Origin: Vicugna vicugna
Lineage: Eukaryota
DNA length: 64,000 nt
Direction of reading: 5' to 3'
NCBI GenBank assembly: GCA_013265495.1
Contig: MU058824.1
Span: 3,003,111 to 3,067,110, forward strand
The notes beneath the pieces were generated by a model. It had not been told where the DNA came from and searched no databases. It was given only the letters and a program-made list of their open reading frames with translations. A program made the translations under genes and the position numbers. Position 1 is the stretch's first letter. Each line of letters begins with the position of its first letter. Below are positions 25,601-39,100 of this stretch, piece after piece.

Positions 25601-27400
25601 AGATGGAGTTGCGCAGTTTTTATACTTAATGCTCTCATCAGTTCCTTTCTAATGGCTTAAGCAAGTGCGCCTCCTGCTTCTCAGATGTGTCGAAGCAATT
25701 CTCCAGTGAAATGACCCTTCACTGTGGAGCAGAACTTGCCACAGTCTCTGTAATTAGAACATTGTCAACCTTAAAAAATCTTGATTTAAATTTCAGTTCT
25801 TCACAGGAATTATCCTCCCTTGAAACATAATTGCTCTCTGAACGATTTCCTTTAAGCTGAGGGTGACACTTCTAAATACATTATGAGCAGATGTGTTGCT
25901 CAGTGCCTGCACTTCATTAAGCATTTGCTCTGCCCATGTGAAAATGATCCTAGAGTCCAAATTGACACATTAATAGAGCAGGCACTGGTAAGCGTGGGGA
26001 ATCCGTTCTGGCTGGAAGAGAGTTCTGGCGTGGGCGTAGCTAAAGCAAGAAGAACCAAAGCCCAGAGGGGCTGCAAAACTGCAAATCTATGTCCGCATTG
26101 GAGCTCTCGGCCTCGCCCAGGGTGGGGATGGGCTTTGGAGAAGGCACAGGAGATCAGAGCCCCAGTTCTCTCACTCAGTGACACACACCCAGTAAATTGG
26201 ACCATGCTTTTGGAAGCCAAGCCATCCACAGGTGTGGTGGCAAAATCATAGAAGGCCAGGCTTGGAGCTGAATGGACAGGGAAAGGGCAGCCTGGGCAAG
26301 GCAGGTGGACGGAGGTGTTAGCCATCCGATGTGAGCAGAGTCCTGGGTGGGGGTGGGAGAGGTCCGCTAAAGGCCAGGCAGAAGCAGCGCTCCACCCACC
26401 ATGCTGGTGCAGCTGGCAGGCTGTGAGGGTCATGGGCACAGGGCTCTGCTCTGACCTCCGAGGAGCCCACCCACTGCCCTTTTCAGCAGACACCAGGCAT
26501 GGTGGGCACAGAGCCTGGGCCCTGCGCTGGAGCTCTCAGGGAAATTGGGAGGATGGATAAGTAATCACAATTCATTCAGTTCATTCAGGCATGTGCTGAT
26601 GGAGGCGTGTCCTCCATGCAGTCAGAGGGAGAAAGGAGCTCTGCCTGTAAGAGCCTGGAAGACTTCCTGGCCAAGGAGATGCTCAGGCTGGGCCTTGGAG
26701 AGGAAGGAAGCACAGAGAGGAGAGTGCCTGAGTAGGGGTAGAGGGAGAAAGCCCACATTCTCCCCACATTCTAGTGGCGAAAACGAAAACGAGTCTCTCA
26801 CATGGCTACAGTGGTTACAAGGGAGGCTGGGAATTGTAGTCCTTGGCAAGGCATCCCCTTCCTAATGATAGTTCCATCCTGATGAAGGGGGAGCCTCTGT
26901 TTCCTTATCTGTAAAGTAGGGGTGATGACCCCTGCCCTGCCCACTTGTCAGGGCATGGGGTCTTAAACACTGTGCCTGCCAGGCAAGGTGTAATTTCTTG
27001 TCTACATCAGTAATAGGAAGAGGGGCCAAGTTTAGGGGTGTGTCTGTTTTCCTGAAGAAGTCCCCCAAAGCTCTCAAGGTCAGAAGACTCTCCTGCAGCC
27101 GTGTTTGCTGCTGGTTCCTGGTGCACTGCTGGGATTAGGGGAGCTCTTAAGTGCAACCACATTTAAGCTGGTCTCAGGCCCTGTTCCTGGCTGGGATCTC
27201 TCCTGTCCCAGAGGAATCCTTGTACCTTAGCAGGGATTTGGCCAGAAGAATTCTTTGGGGTAAGGAATATGAATACATGACATAGCCTTGTTCAGAGCAG
27301 AACTGAGTGGCTCTCTGAGAATTGCTTTCCTGATCCTCAGCCCCCCGACCCCCTTCCTCGTCCCAAGCAGATCCTAATCATCTCTGCACTTTGTTCACAG

Positions 27401-27584
27401 GAGCAACCAGGGCTTCATGCACATGAAACTGGCCAAAACCAAAGAGAAATATGTCCTGGGTCAGAACAGCCCTCCGTTCGACAGTGTCCCAGAAGTCATC
27501 CACTACTACACCACCAGAAAGCTGCCCATCAAAGGGGCCGAGCACTTGTCCCTCCTCTACCCCGTGGCTGTGCGGACCCTGTGA
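27401..27584 (+). CDS. SHB: SHB last coding exon (C-terminal half of SH2 domain)
   Basis: Branch-like CTAAT near 27374 and ttgttcacag acceptor. Phase fits the upstream exon (AA|G). Translates SNQGFMHMKLAKTKEKYVLGQNSPPFDSVPEVIHYYTTRKLPIKGAEHLSLLYPVAVRTL*, with TGA at 27582-27584. Confidence 0.96.
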
Positions 27585-30500
27585 GTCGTGCTCTGTGACA
27601 GGGCCCAGATGTGGAGGAGCTGGTGGCCCCGCCGACCCACCCGGCCACTGTTGCCACCGTGTCCAGTTTGTGTCGTGTGTATGGTACTAGGACACCACTG
27701 CATGTCTCTAGAATGCTGTTGCCACTTACGGGGGCTGGAAAAGGCCTGGATAATGACTGAAGGACTGGCCATCATGATACCCCGGTCCCCACCCTCACCC
27801 CTCCTCGAGTTTCTGTGAATTAAAATATTTGCAAATCCAAAGAGATGCCTTCCAGGATGAACAAAGGAGAGCAGCTCGGAGGGGCAGGGCGGGAGCTCCC
27901 GGGGTTGCGGCTCTTTGTTCTCCAGCTGTCCACAAATTCACACCTGTATACAGGCACAGCTTTCCCACTGGGCCCCCTTAGTGCTGGGAGCCAAAAGCTG
28001 GTGCGTTGAGAGCCCAGGAGGCCCCAGGGGTCCCGCCTCCCCTCCAGTGTGTGTGTGTGTGTCTGTGAGTATGAGCACATACCTGGGAGAACACAGCCAC
28101 ACGCAGATGTAAGCCCAGTCATCCACTTCAAGTCACTTGGTGTAATCATTAGGAGATCTCCAAGGAATCATTGTGCAGTCAGAAAGAGGATTCAATTATT
28201 TATGAATAGTGTGTGTAAATAAAATAGTCATTTAATATATATTCTTATCCCTTTTCTTAATACACCTCAAAGGGTCTCTGAGGGGGGCAGTGCTTACCTG
28301 CTGGTTTCATTCCCAGAACAAGGTGTGTCTCCTGGGCACACCCGGTAGGTATGACAGGCTCTGGGGTGGGAGGGAGGAGAGCCCCCAGCGCAGGGCTGAG
28401 GCAGCCGGTGGGGCAGAGGGGTTTTCTTTGCCCCCTGAGAGTCAGCCTGCAGGAAATGGGGCTCAGGCTCCAGCAATGGTAGCCTTGAATGTTGACCCAG
28501 CAACCACGCTCTCCCTTCTGCCTGTAGCAGCCCAGGGATGGCAAGTCTGTGTTAACCCCCAGGAACACAGTACCCAATGGTTCATAACGAGCTCTTCCCA
28601 TTTGGTCATTGCCACCCTGTAAGGCATTTAACATGTGGGGAAAGGGAGGCTCAGAGAGGGAAAGTAACTTGTCCAAGGTCACACAGCCCATAAGCAGAGG
28701 AGGTTCTGGAGCCCAGATTGATGGGCTCCAAGGCCATTGCTTTGGCTCTCCATGACCTCACTGTCACCCTGCTCCTGGGGGAAGGCAAAGCCTGACCTCT
28801 CGAGGGACATGGCACCCTCAATCGTCCACACTGCTTCCACACAGGTAAAAACACCCCCACCCCCACATTCCACCTCTGTCTTATCCCTGCCCCAGGAGAT
28901 GGGGTCCTTCTCACAGTCAGGGCAGACACCTGGTAAGTTTGCTGTTACTCGATTCCCCTTCCTTTCCCTCTGACCCACCCACCAGACCACAGTTAAACTC
29001 GATGGAAGAAATAGAATCATCCCACCCAGCAGCAAGGAAGGCATAGCTGCCACCTACTGAAGGAGGTGAGAGGGACCCAGACAAAGCACAGGCTTCAACG
29101 CCTCCACCAAGCACGCATTATCCTGCCTGCCAGTGGTCTGAGTGGACCGGAAGTTTGGTGACCATCGTCTCCAGCTCCAGGGGGCTGAACCGAGTCTGAA
29201 CGTCACCAGCACAGCCAGGCCTTCAGAGATGCTTCAGGCCTACTGTTCAGATTGGAGGCGAAGGCCCAGTGACGGGAGAGGACTTGCCAGGGCAGAGCAG
29301 CACTAGAAGCCCAGCCCCTTTAGGTGGCTGCTATGGCAAAAGCTGTTTCCTTGGCAACTGCTTCCTGCCCAGCCCGCCTCTTGCTCTTGCTCACCCTCCC
29401 GAGTCCTTGTCTCCGTCCAGGTGGCCCCAGCCCCTCCTACCTGTGGCCTGGGTCTAGTCGCCAAAGCCTCAGTCCTGACCTTTCACCTGTTTTGCGTTTT
29501 CCAAAACATCCTTTGAGGCAAGAGGACCTGGAGTGATTCACACTTTCCTCTTTTCTTTTTCCTACTGAATGAAAAAATGAGTGAGGAGTTGGCACTTGTC
29601 CAAACAGAGGTGCCAAAGGAGACTGGATCCCAAGGATCCAGTTAGAGGTTGGGGACGTGGGAGGCAGCCTGTCAAGGGCACAGGGGTGGCCTTCACCAGC
29701 AAGTCCAGGTTCCTGCAGGGCTCTTCCTGAGGCCACAGGTGGGGCAGTACATGGGCCCCACGACCCTTCTTGGTAGACAGTCTTCAGAGCAGATTTCTCC
29801 TCAGAAGCAAATGCCTAAGGTCTGAGGATAAGCGAGACTGCCTCGCCCTCTGGCCTTGTCTTTGCTCTCTTAAGGGATTCCTGGGCCTTCCTCCTTTCCC
29901 CGCCTCCATCTTCCTGAAGTTTCCCTGGGAGGCCCAACCTCCAGCTCCCCTTTGGGACTGAGTCCGGCAGAGAAGCCAGCTTACAGGATGGGAGCTGCTG
30001 AAAGAAATTTTTTTCCTTAATTTTATGAACCTCTCCCTCTTCTTCCTCTAATTGTGACCGTTTCCTCTGTCAGCGTGTATTCATGTTTTCTTGGACGTCT
30101 AACAATTGAAACAGCTTTTCCCTTTCAGAAACACTCACATTCAGGTTACTGGCGCTGGTTTGGATTTTGTTTTGGCTTTTTTTTTTTTTTCATCTGCTGC
30201 CAATTAATGGGGAGAAAAAAAATGAGCTGGATTTCTTTGAGGGAAAAAAACAAGCTCCTGCCATACAATATCTCCCTCTAGCATTTTGTCTCAGAACACA
30301 GCCTTCAGCCCCTGACAGGCTGCCATCGTTGCTCAGAGCCACAGGGCTGCTGGAGTTTTTCCCTTCTTTCTTTCCTTCCGTGGCTGGCTCCATTATTGAC
30401 CGTAACGCCCCGACCACTTGAGTGGTAATGTCCTTGAGCACTGAAGAGTCAAGGGCCTTCTGGGCAGGCCCCCCAGAACACGATGGCAGCCCCAAGAAGA

Positions 30501-31330
30501 AAGGAGGCTTTGTGGGGAGAGGGCCCACCTGCCTGTCAGGAGAGAGGCTCACAGAGCCGCCCTTCTAAAGAAAGTGTGAGGCGGCGGCTCCTCTCCGGGC
30601 GGCTGGGCCAGTCTGGCTGAGCTGTGCTGCCCTCCCAGGTGGCTCTGGGCTGCCGCCCCTCAGAGGCCGGCGGATGAGCCGAGGGGAATCTTGATGTAAC
30701 TTCGAGCAAGGGCACCATATCTACAGGGGAGCCCTTGACAGTCACAGGACCCAGAGGTGGCCTTTTGAAGATTTGGAACACCAGCTCTGGCTGGCTCTCC
30801 AAGACACTCTGAGGGAAGTGGCTGATGCCACTTGACCAAGGGCCCAGCAGGGACAGACAGCCAGGCTTACCGCGTGCTCTCACAGGCCCTGGGGACAGTG
30901 CGTGCAGAAGTGGCAGATGAGGTCCGCTGACACTTGGAGTTAGCCCATCGATGCTCGTGAAGGGTCCTGGCTGGATCAAAGGGTCATTCAGCAAACTGTC
31001 TCTACCTTCCAGACTTGGTTACCAGCAAAGACAAATGGAGCAGGCTGTCCAGGGGAGCCAGCACAGCCCAGAGACCCGCTCAGTGTCCTCTGGGCATGGA
31101 CAGCCCTCTGCCCCTCCCCCCTTCCCCGGGGCTGCGGTGTCACAAGGGCCAAAAGCCTTGTGCCCACCACCTACTCCTAAAAAGTGTCCTGTAAAGCTCT
31201 AATTCTGTGTGACAAGCTGTATGATAATATATATTTAATGTGAAGCTTTTAATATCCCAATGTCTTGTTTAAATGTACCTCACTGAGCGCACATGTCCTA
31301 TTTCTTTAAAATGCAAATGTGTGCCCCAGG
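27585..31330 (+). other. SHB: SHB 3' UTR (distal end approximate)
   Basis: Follows the stop codon. ATTAAA 27819-27824 and AATAAA 28218-28223. An AU-rich, TGTA-containing block at about 31200-31330 suggests a longer distal end. Confidence 0.55.
28218..28223 (+). terminator. SHB proximal polyadenylation signal
   Basis: AATAAA in an AU-rich block, with upstream TGTA and downstream U-rich sequence. Confidence 0.6.
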
Positions 31331-32237
31331 ATCTAGTTTGATTGCCTTCTTGCCAAAGCTGAAGATCTGCCATCATCCCCCAAAGGTAGATTGTTACAGG
31401 AAAAAAGGAGCCTTCCTGCTTCCTAATTAGGAGGAAGCTAGAGCCTTAATGAGCTCGTTAAATGAAAACAAATTAATTTGTTCAGCAAACATTTGCTGAG
31501 TGCCTACTGGTCCTCAGGCCAGTGAAGGCAGAGGAGAATGGGACCCAACACCTGCCCTCAGGAAGTTTCCAGTGTGGGGGGAATGCAGGCAACTACGAGT
31601 GATGTAACAGAGAGGGGCTACGGTGCCCCTATGTGGGGGGGTGGAATTGGAGGATGAGTAGGGAGCCTGGACAGCTGGTGTTCTGGGCTGAGGTAACAGG
31701 TCAGGGATCATCGGGGGTCCAATAGGCCTGGTGGGGCACAGCCTGCCATGGTAGGAGAGGGCAAGTCCTCTGGGCCTCCAAGGGCTTCCTCCTGTGGAGG
31801 GAGAATTGCAGAGCAGGGCAAGGGAAGGGGTGATCATCCCCTTGGTCTCCCTGAAGCCTGGGAGATGGTGGCCTGTTTTCTGGAGAAAGATGGGCAGTCT
31901 CCCATTTGCCTTCACACCATCATCATCATCCTGTGCTTATGCTGCCCAAGGCAGCGAGGGCCCAGGGGTCTGCAGCCCAAGCCCCTCCCTCACACACGGC
32001 TCAGCACTGAGGAAGCACAGGGTCCCCAGCATGCCCGGGAGCCTACTCTGCAGTGGAGCCCCACCTCACCCTGCCCTGGAGGAGCTCACTGCCTCTCTCA
32101 TCCCTCGCTCCTGAGGACGTGGCCTCCATCCCCTAGCAGGCCCCTTCCTCCCCTGCTGCCCCAATGTCTCAGGCTTTGATTCCATATTCCAGTGACCCAG
32201 AATCCACACCTCCAACTCCTTAGTCCCTCATTGCACA

Positions 32238-32376
32238 AACCCACCATACACCACACACACACACACAGACACACCACACACATACACACACCACACACGG
32301 ACACCACACACACCCCCCCACACACAAACATACCACACACAGACACCACACAACACCACACATACATACAACCACA

Positions 32377-32424
<48 letters not shown>
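32238..32424. repeat. Compound CA-rich repeat ending in a pure (CA)n microsatellite
   Basis: Directly visible: CACCACACA-type units, then about 20 CA units. Confidence 0.95.
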
Positions 32425-32426
<2 letters not shown>

Positions 32427-33579
32427 CTTGCTGTGGGAGGCCCGTGTTCAAGGGAAGGCAAAGCCCTGGCATGTTCCTGGGCCCAACAAGGACCAGGGGC
32501 CAAGGGCAACCCCAGCGTTCTGCAACCAGGAATATTTCCTGAAAAGAGAGGAGAAAATGTCTCTGGTGGTCCCCTCTAACGTCTGTTTTATGTTTGGGGG
32601 AGTTTTTAAATTTCCGTTTTGGTTCAATTTAACAAACACTGAGCATGAAACAGGGTCTGGGACAAGCTGGTGACCTGGAGCAGGAAGCTGAGCACAGAAA
32701 ACATCTCCTTCAACTAGTCGACAGGAAGTTGTGGGCAGCCTGACGCCTGCCTCCCTGCATCTCTGCATAGAGACCCAGAAGTGTGGGCCAGAAACTGAGG
32801 TCCAGAGAGGGATAGGGGGTTTTGCTCAAAGACACACAGCAAGTCCACCTCCACTTGCCTCTGATGCTTGAGGGTGGCCGCCTTGGTCAGTACAGCAGCT
32901 CTAGGAAGACTGGGGTAGGGGTGGGGATTCTCCTAGGACAGAGTTTACAAGTCAGTTCCTTCTCTCTTGCTCCCTCTGAGTGGCAGCATCTCAGACCTAC
33001 GGTGACTGGTATCATCTCCGGCTTTTGGGGACAACTTTGAAGGGACAGCAGGATGTCACCAGTGTGGTTCTGGCGCCCTCGTGTGGTTAATTTCAGCATT
33101 GCAGCCAGTCCCAGGGAGTGGGGAAGGCCGCTCTGCGGAAACAAACTGAAGAGAAATGAGAGGCCTGCATGTAAACGTGGTGGACGATGGGTGCAGAGGG
33201 ACAGACAGCAGAGGAAGGGACAGAGAAAGGGCTATCTGAGCCTGACGTCACATGCAGGCATAGGAGCTGGTGTAAGCAAGACCTGGGAGGCTCCCTCTGA
33301 CTCCTAGTCCAGGGCTCTCTTAACTGCTTTCTACTCTATGGCCCCGTTACCTCAGGCGGACTGAGAAGGAAAGACAGGCCGAATGAGAACAGCTGAGTCC
33401 AGAACAGTTTTATGCAGTATTTCTTTTACCTATTGACTTTCTGATGGTAAAAATTACTGTTTACTTACTAAACAAAATTTTTATTTCAGGGAAATGTAAA
33501 GAAGAAAATTAAAAGTACCTTAAAGAAAAGCACTGTTATTCTGAAGTATTTCCTCAGTCTTTTTTTTCATGCATATATA

Positions 33580-34190
33580 TAATTTTTTCCAGCTGTATTG
33601 AGATACCATTAAAATATCATAAACTTATACATTTAACATTGTATAAGTTTAAGGTCTACAAAGTGATGACTTGATCACGTATATGGTGTGAAATGATTAC
33701 CACAATAAGGTTAGTTAAGACATCCATCACCTCCCACATTTACAATTTTTTATATGTGGTATGAACATTTAAGAGCTAATGTCTTAGCAACCTTCAAGTA
33801 TGTGATAAGTGTGGTTAGCTACAGTCACCATGCTGAATATGAGATCATCAGAATTTATTCGTCTTATAACTGGAAGTTTGTACTGTTTGACCGGCACCTC
33901 CCCTTTTCCCTTCACCCCTCAGTCCCTGGAAACCACCATTCTACTCTCTGTTTCTGTGAGTTTGGCTTTTTTTAGATTCCACATGTAAGTGAGATCACAC
34001 AGTATTTCTTTCTCTGCCTGACACTTCACTTAGCATAATGTCCTCAAGGTCCATTCATGTTGTCAAAAACTGTGGGATTTCCTTCTTTTGTGGCTGTATG
34101 ACATTTCATTCAGGGCATATATATGTTTATATACACCTCACATTTTCTTTATGCATTCATCTGCTGCAGGACACTTAGGTTGTATACATT
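33580..34190 (-). mobile_element. L1 3' end fragment (L1MA-like)
   Basis: Typical antisense L1 3' UTR text: accaccattctactctctgtttctgtgagtttgg...ttagattccacatgtaagtgagatc. Confidence 0.85.
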
Positions 34191-34696
34191 GTTTAAAACA
34201 AAATTGGGTTCATGTTGTGCTTATATAGTTCTATAACCTCCATTTCCCACTTAAAATAGTGTCATGTGCTTTTCCTTCATGTTATTAAATCTCCTGTGAC
34301 ATGACCTTTTTATTGGCTGCATGATATTCTACTTTACATTAGCTTATTCAAGTTTTTGTACAAACAGCTCTGCAAGAAATATCTTTGTTCAGAAATCACT
34401 ATCCATATTTCTGTTTTTCCCTTAAGGAGGAACTCATAGAGATGGCATTACTGGGTCTGAATCTAGATACATCTTTGAAGATTCCTGTCCTCCAGACAGA
34501 CAAGTTTACTTTCCATTGCCAGGTCTGGGAGCCCCCGTAAGAAAAGTCATTTGGTTACATTAGAGGACGTGCAGCAACTTACACTTTTCATAAAACATGA
34601 GGCATGAGTGAAGCCTTTTCCTTTCATCAAAGATAGCCTGAGCTCAGGCATGGGGGCTGTGGGGGCAGGACAAGAGGCTATCTGAGCTCTGCTTGT

Positions 34697-34810
34697 AGGT
34701 GACCAATTGTCCCAATCTGACCAGGTCTGAGGGGCTTTCCAGGATGTAGCGCTCTCAGTGCCGAAACTGGGATGGTCCTGGGCAGACAGGAATAATTGTT
34801 CACCTTAGCT
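34697..34810. mobile_element. MER81-like hAT MITE
   Basis: Inverted termini taggtgaccaattgtccc and aataattgttcaccttag. Confidence 0.65.
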
Positions 34811-36270
34811 ACCAGACACCAGCTCCTGGTGTCCACCCTGAGCAAGCTCCTTATCCTCTTCACCTGTGAGGGGGATGTCCTGGGCTGGGGGCCAGGCAGT
34901 GCATGAGGCAGGTGTGAAGAAAAATAGCTGTCATCCCTTGAGGTGGGGCTCCAGGTGGCCCAGGCTAACATCCTAACTCCATCGTTTCCAGCTGTGTGAC
35001 CTGGGCAAGGTACAAAAATTATCTCCACCGTAACACAGTACAAGAAGTGACCTTATGGTGTCATTGCAAAAATTACACACAGTGTTGGATGAACGTTCTT
35101 AGCACACCTTAGCTTTCGTCAGCCTTCAGCTAGCGTCAGCTAGGATGAGAACAAGGCAAGTTTTCATAGGAAACACAGGGGCCAGTACAACCACAGACTT
35201 TGAGAGGAAAAAGGGTATGGCATTCCTGGAAGGCTTCCTGTAGGAGGTGAAAGTGGCACCCACTTTACAAATTAAAAATGCCCCAGTCCTACGGAACATA
35301 CAACAGGGATCAGCGCTCAAGATCCTGTTCCTCTTGGGACTGAAGTCCAGAGCGGTTTTCTCCATCCTTTACCTCCGCATCTTCTGACACCTCATCTTTA
35401 TTTATTTAAGTTAGTTATCATACTCTATTATTTAAATAATAAGCAGCTGTTTTGTTTACTATTTAGATAATTACATTTGTTTATTTCAATATTAAACCTA
35501 TTATTATCTTTATTGTTTAAACATCAAATCTATGCAGTGTCTTTACTGTTTAAATATTAAACATGTATCGTGTCCACTGTCTCCACCCACTAGAATGTGG
35601 CCTCCACACAAGCAGGGATCTAGGCAAGCGACTTGCACATAGCAGGTGCTCAATAAGTATTTGTTAAGTGATGTAACAACGATACAAGTCTCCAAATACA
35701 AGGGACTTATGTGTGTGCCCTACACGTTGTGCATGCACCAGTCTCCCACCAAGAGAGTCCCACTGTGCAGATGAGAAACCGAGGCTTAGAAGGTGCAGCA
35801 GCACCAGGAAAAGCAGAAGTTAGATTTAGTGGTGGGGTCCCTGCACTCCCCCTCTCTGCCTCATGCCCCAGAGGGGAGCCACCGCCCAGAGGTTAGCAGG
35901 ATCTAAGGGAACTATAGAGTCCCTTCACCCCAGGAGCAAGAGAGAAGGGTGACTTGTTCCCTGAGCTCTGCTGCCTTCTCCACATCCACCATGTGAATGA
36001 GAATCAGTCTCCATCGCACCAGAGCTGCATCCTGGGGAGCGTCCCTCAGGGACTCAGAAGGTGGGCTCAGGAAGGCCTCTCATCCTGAGGCGGGGATATT
36101 GAGGCTCTGAGAGGGGGAGGGTTTTGCCCCCAAGGTACACAACTGGGAAGCGGCAGGTCTAGGACTCAAACCCAGGTCTGCTGACCTTGCAACGTGCCGC
36201 ACCTAGTTCAGTGCTTCCCATCTTTGCCTCATCATGTGATTCACACGTGACTCAAATTCCGAAGGCCTTC

Positions 36271-36778
36271 TGTTACCGAACAAAAGTTCGTGTTCCCAAC
36301 ACATAGTGAGGCCAAACAAACCGAAACATCGGAGTTTGAAGCAGAGAAAGGTTTATTGCAGGGCCAAGCAAGGAGAATGGGTGGCTCATGCTCAAAAGAC
36401 CTGAACTTCCCGATGGTTTTCACAGAAAAGGTTTTACAGAAAAAATTTAGCGTGAGGTTACAGGGCAATGCTCCAGGAATCTTGTGCTCTGTCTGAAGCT
36501 GCCGTCCTCCACCTGGGTGGGGGCCCTAGTTCCTGCAAAAGAACTCAAAGATAAAGTTATGTATATTCCTTGAGGAGGAGCCAGGACCCTGCCCCGAGTC
36601 TGCACTACTGTTTCTTGACTGTTCCTTGTTTCTGCATTCACTCCCTTCCCTGATTAGTAACTGTTTGAACCTGTCCTTTGGAGCGCAGGGAAGGTCAAGG
36701 AGGCTGAATGAATAAGAAATGGAGGACAAAGAAAGGATTTGTACCAGGGAGGACCCCATAGGGTCCTGCTTCACTTCA
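36271..36778 (-). mobile_element. Solo ERV1-type LTR
   Basis: TG...CA termini, 4-bp TSD cttc (36267-36270 and 36779-36782), minus-strand AATAAA near 36352, 508 bp long. Confidence 0.85.
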
Positions 36779-38599
36779 CTTCCTCTGGTCTTGGTTGACA
36801 CCAGGAACCTATATTTGTGACAAGCTCGTTGAGTGTCTTATGATCAGAGAGTCTTAGGTAAAGGGCCAGTCTCCCCTCTGCCCTGCAGCTCACCATCCAC
36901 AGATCCTTTCCCAAGTGGCAGGCACCAACTCCTCAACTGACCTCTGAGTGGGATTATTAGATTGCGCTTCTGTTCTCAGAAATGGTGGAGGTGGTGCCAT
37001 CCCAGCCTTATCTCACTAGGAAACAGGTCACAGGACTTCCCTGAGCACACAAAATCAGAGGGAATAACTATCCTGTAACTACTTGGAAAACCCAAAGACT
37101 ATTGTGCAAATGTTTGATGTTTTATTGACTCAGTCCTTGCTAGGTAAAACTTCATTTGTATTTCAAAAGTGTGTGTGTCACTTAGATACCAAGTAAAGTG
37201 TCTCATGATCCCTCTCAGAGGTCAGCAAATATTCTGAGTACCTGAGAGTTACCTTTCTGGGGGTATGCTTGGAACAAAGGCAAAGTTGGGGGACAGGAAC
37301 CGAGGTCAGGGAGAATGAGAAGTCTGGGACTCCTTCCCATCCGACACTTTTTCAGGAGCCCAACTAGTTTAAACCTTAGTTATGCTTTGTGGGTCACCTC
37401 TTCCAGGTAGCCTTCCCTGATTGAAGCTAGTGCATTTTTGTTCTCTTATGGACACTCACAGCACATGGTACGTCCCTGTCTCAAGCCCTGATCACTTCTC
37501 CTTAGGATTGGACTCCAGTTTCCTCTCTGGGCTGCAGGTTCATTCACTCACACATTCCTGAGCCCTGCAGGAATTCAAACTTTCAAAGTTTAGGTTACTA
37601 TTATGAGTCAAGATATCAGTTTAGAGCTGTTGTTTTCCAAAATTGTCTGAGAAGAATCACTTGGGACTTGTGTTAGACAGAGAGAGGCCACTGCCCAACC
37701 CCACCCCCACCCCTCTGGAAATTTTGTAGTAGGTCTGACTTGGGGCTGGGGATCTATTTTTTAACCAATCTTCCAGGACCCAGAATCTAGCTTTCCAATC
37801 TGTAAAGTGCATACAAGGCACAAAAAACAGCACTGTGGGGGAGCTCTGCAGCATCAGGTAGTGAGGTCACGGTCAGGGAGAGCAGCAAACATCCTCTCTG
37901 TGAGCTGAGCAATGAAGGGTGAACAGGACTTTGTCAGGAAGAAGGCAGGGCCCTTGAGGCTCAAAGGACAAAGTGTTCACAGTCTGGGGACTTGTACAAG
38001 AACACAGGCAAGTGAAAGTTCTGGGAAGAGAACCAGCAGCGGCTGGCCTGTGGCTGCGGCCTGGGGGTGTGAAGGGGAGTGGCAGAGACAGGCACAAAGG
38101 ACTGCAGGGGCCTGAGAGTTGTGAGCTGAACAGAAAGGAAGGTCACTGACCCCTTGCTCGGGAAGGACCGCAGGTGACCTTATCTGGACGGAGCTGCTCA
38201 CAGTAGCCTGGACTCCACTGACGACAGCCTGCGTAAAGCTGTTTTTGTGGACATAAGGGCCCATGGAGCCTGAGGGCACTAGACAAGTTTCTAGAAAGCA
38301 TTTTGGCAGGAGAGGGAGGGAGGTAGGGGGTAGAGGGTGCTTAAGCAAAGCTCCATTGGCAGCATTCCTTCCCATCGCCCCTTCCCCAAGAACCCAGATC
38401 CTCTCCACCAGCATTGTATTTGGGCACTCTTTTTGCCAAGCCCTGAGCTGGAGGGCCAGAAGCAAGTCAGACAGCTCTGTCCTAGTGAGCGGGCAGGGGG
38501 AAAGAGAGACACCTTCATGAATGGTTGTAACATAAGGCAGATGTTAGAACTGCCCCAAACTTTGTGCTAGGGGAAGTTAAGGGCAAGAGCAACCAATAT

Positions 38600-39100
38600 T
38601 GCCCAAGTTGATCAGAGAGTGCTATTCGGGGGAAAAGGCAAGTGGCCTTGAAGGGTTAATATGTTTGATTGCCAAGAGTTGATGAAAGGGGAAAAAGGGT
38701 TTAAGGAACACAAGAATTTGCAAAACGGTGAGAGGCTGCACATGGCTGAAGCCCAGAATGTAGCTGGGGATGAGGCGGACAGACTGGTAGAGGGGCCAGG
38801 ACACAGAGAGCCTGCGAGTCAAGTTAAGGAGCTTGGATTTGGGTGGAGGGGGCAACAGGGACCCATTGGAAGTTTTGAAGATGAGGAGTGAGGTGATCAC
38901 AGCTGGGTTAGAGGATGCTATCTGACATCTGAGATGGAGGTTGGAGGTATGGAGAGACTGAGGAACGAAATAAAAGAACGGGTGGATGAGGACAGAGAAA
39001 CGAAAGACTAACTTTAGGATCAATCCTGAATCAGAAAATAGAGGGTTTTGACTTCCAACATTCATATGCCCAAGAAGAGCCAATTAAGGATCTGGGAGGG
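38600..39100 (-). mobile_element. L2 fragment
   Basis: gttaaggagcttggattt...ccattggaagttttgaag...gaggtgatcacagctggg is antisense L2. Confidence 0.6.

Noticed and set aside
32098..32542. CV-rich and HT-rich ORFs
   Set aside because: Translations of the CA repeat.
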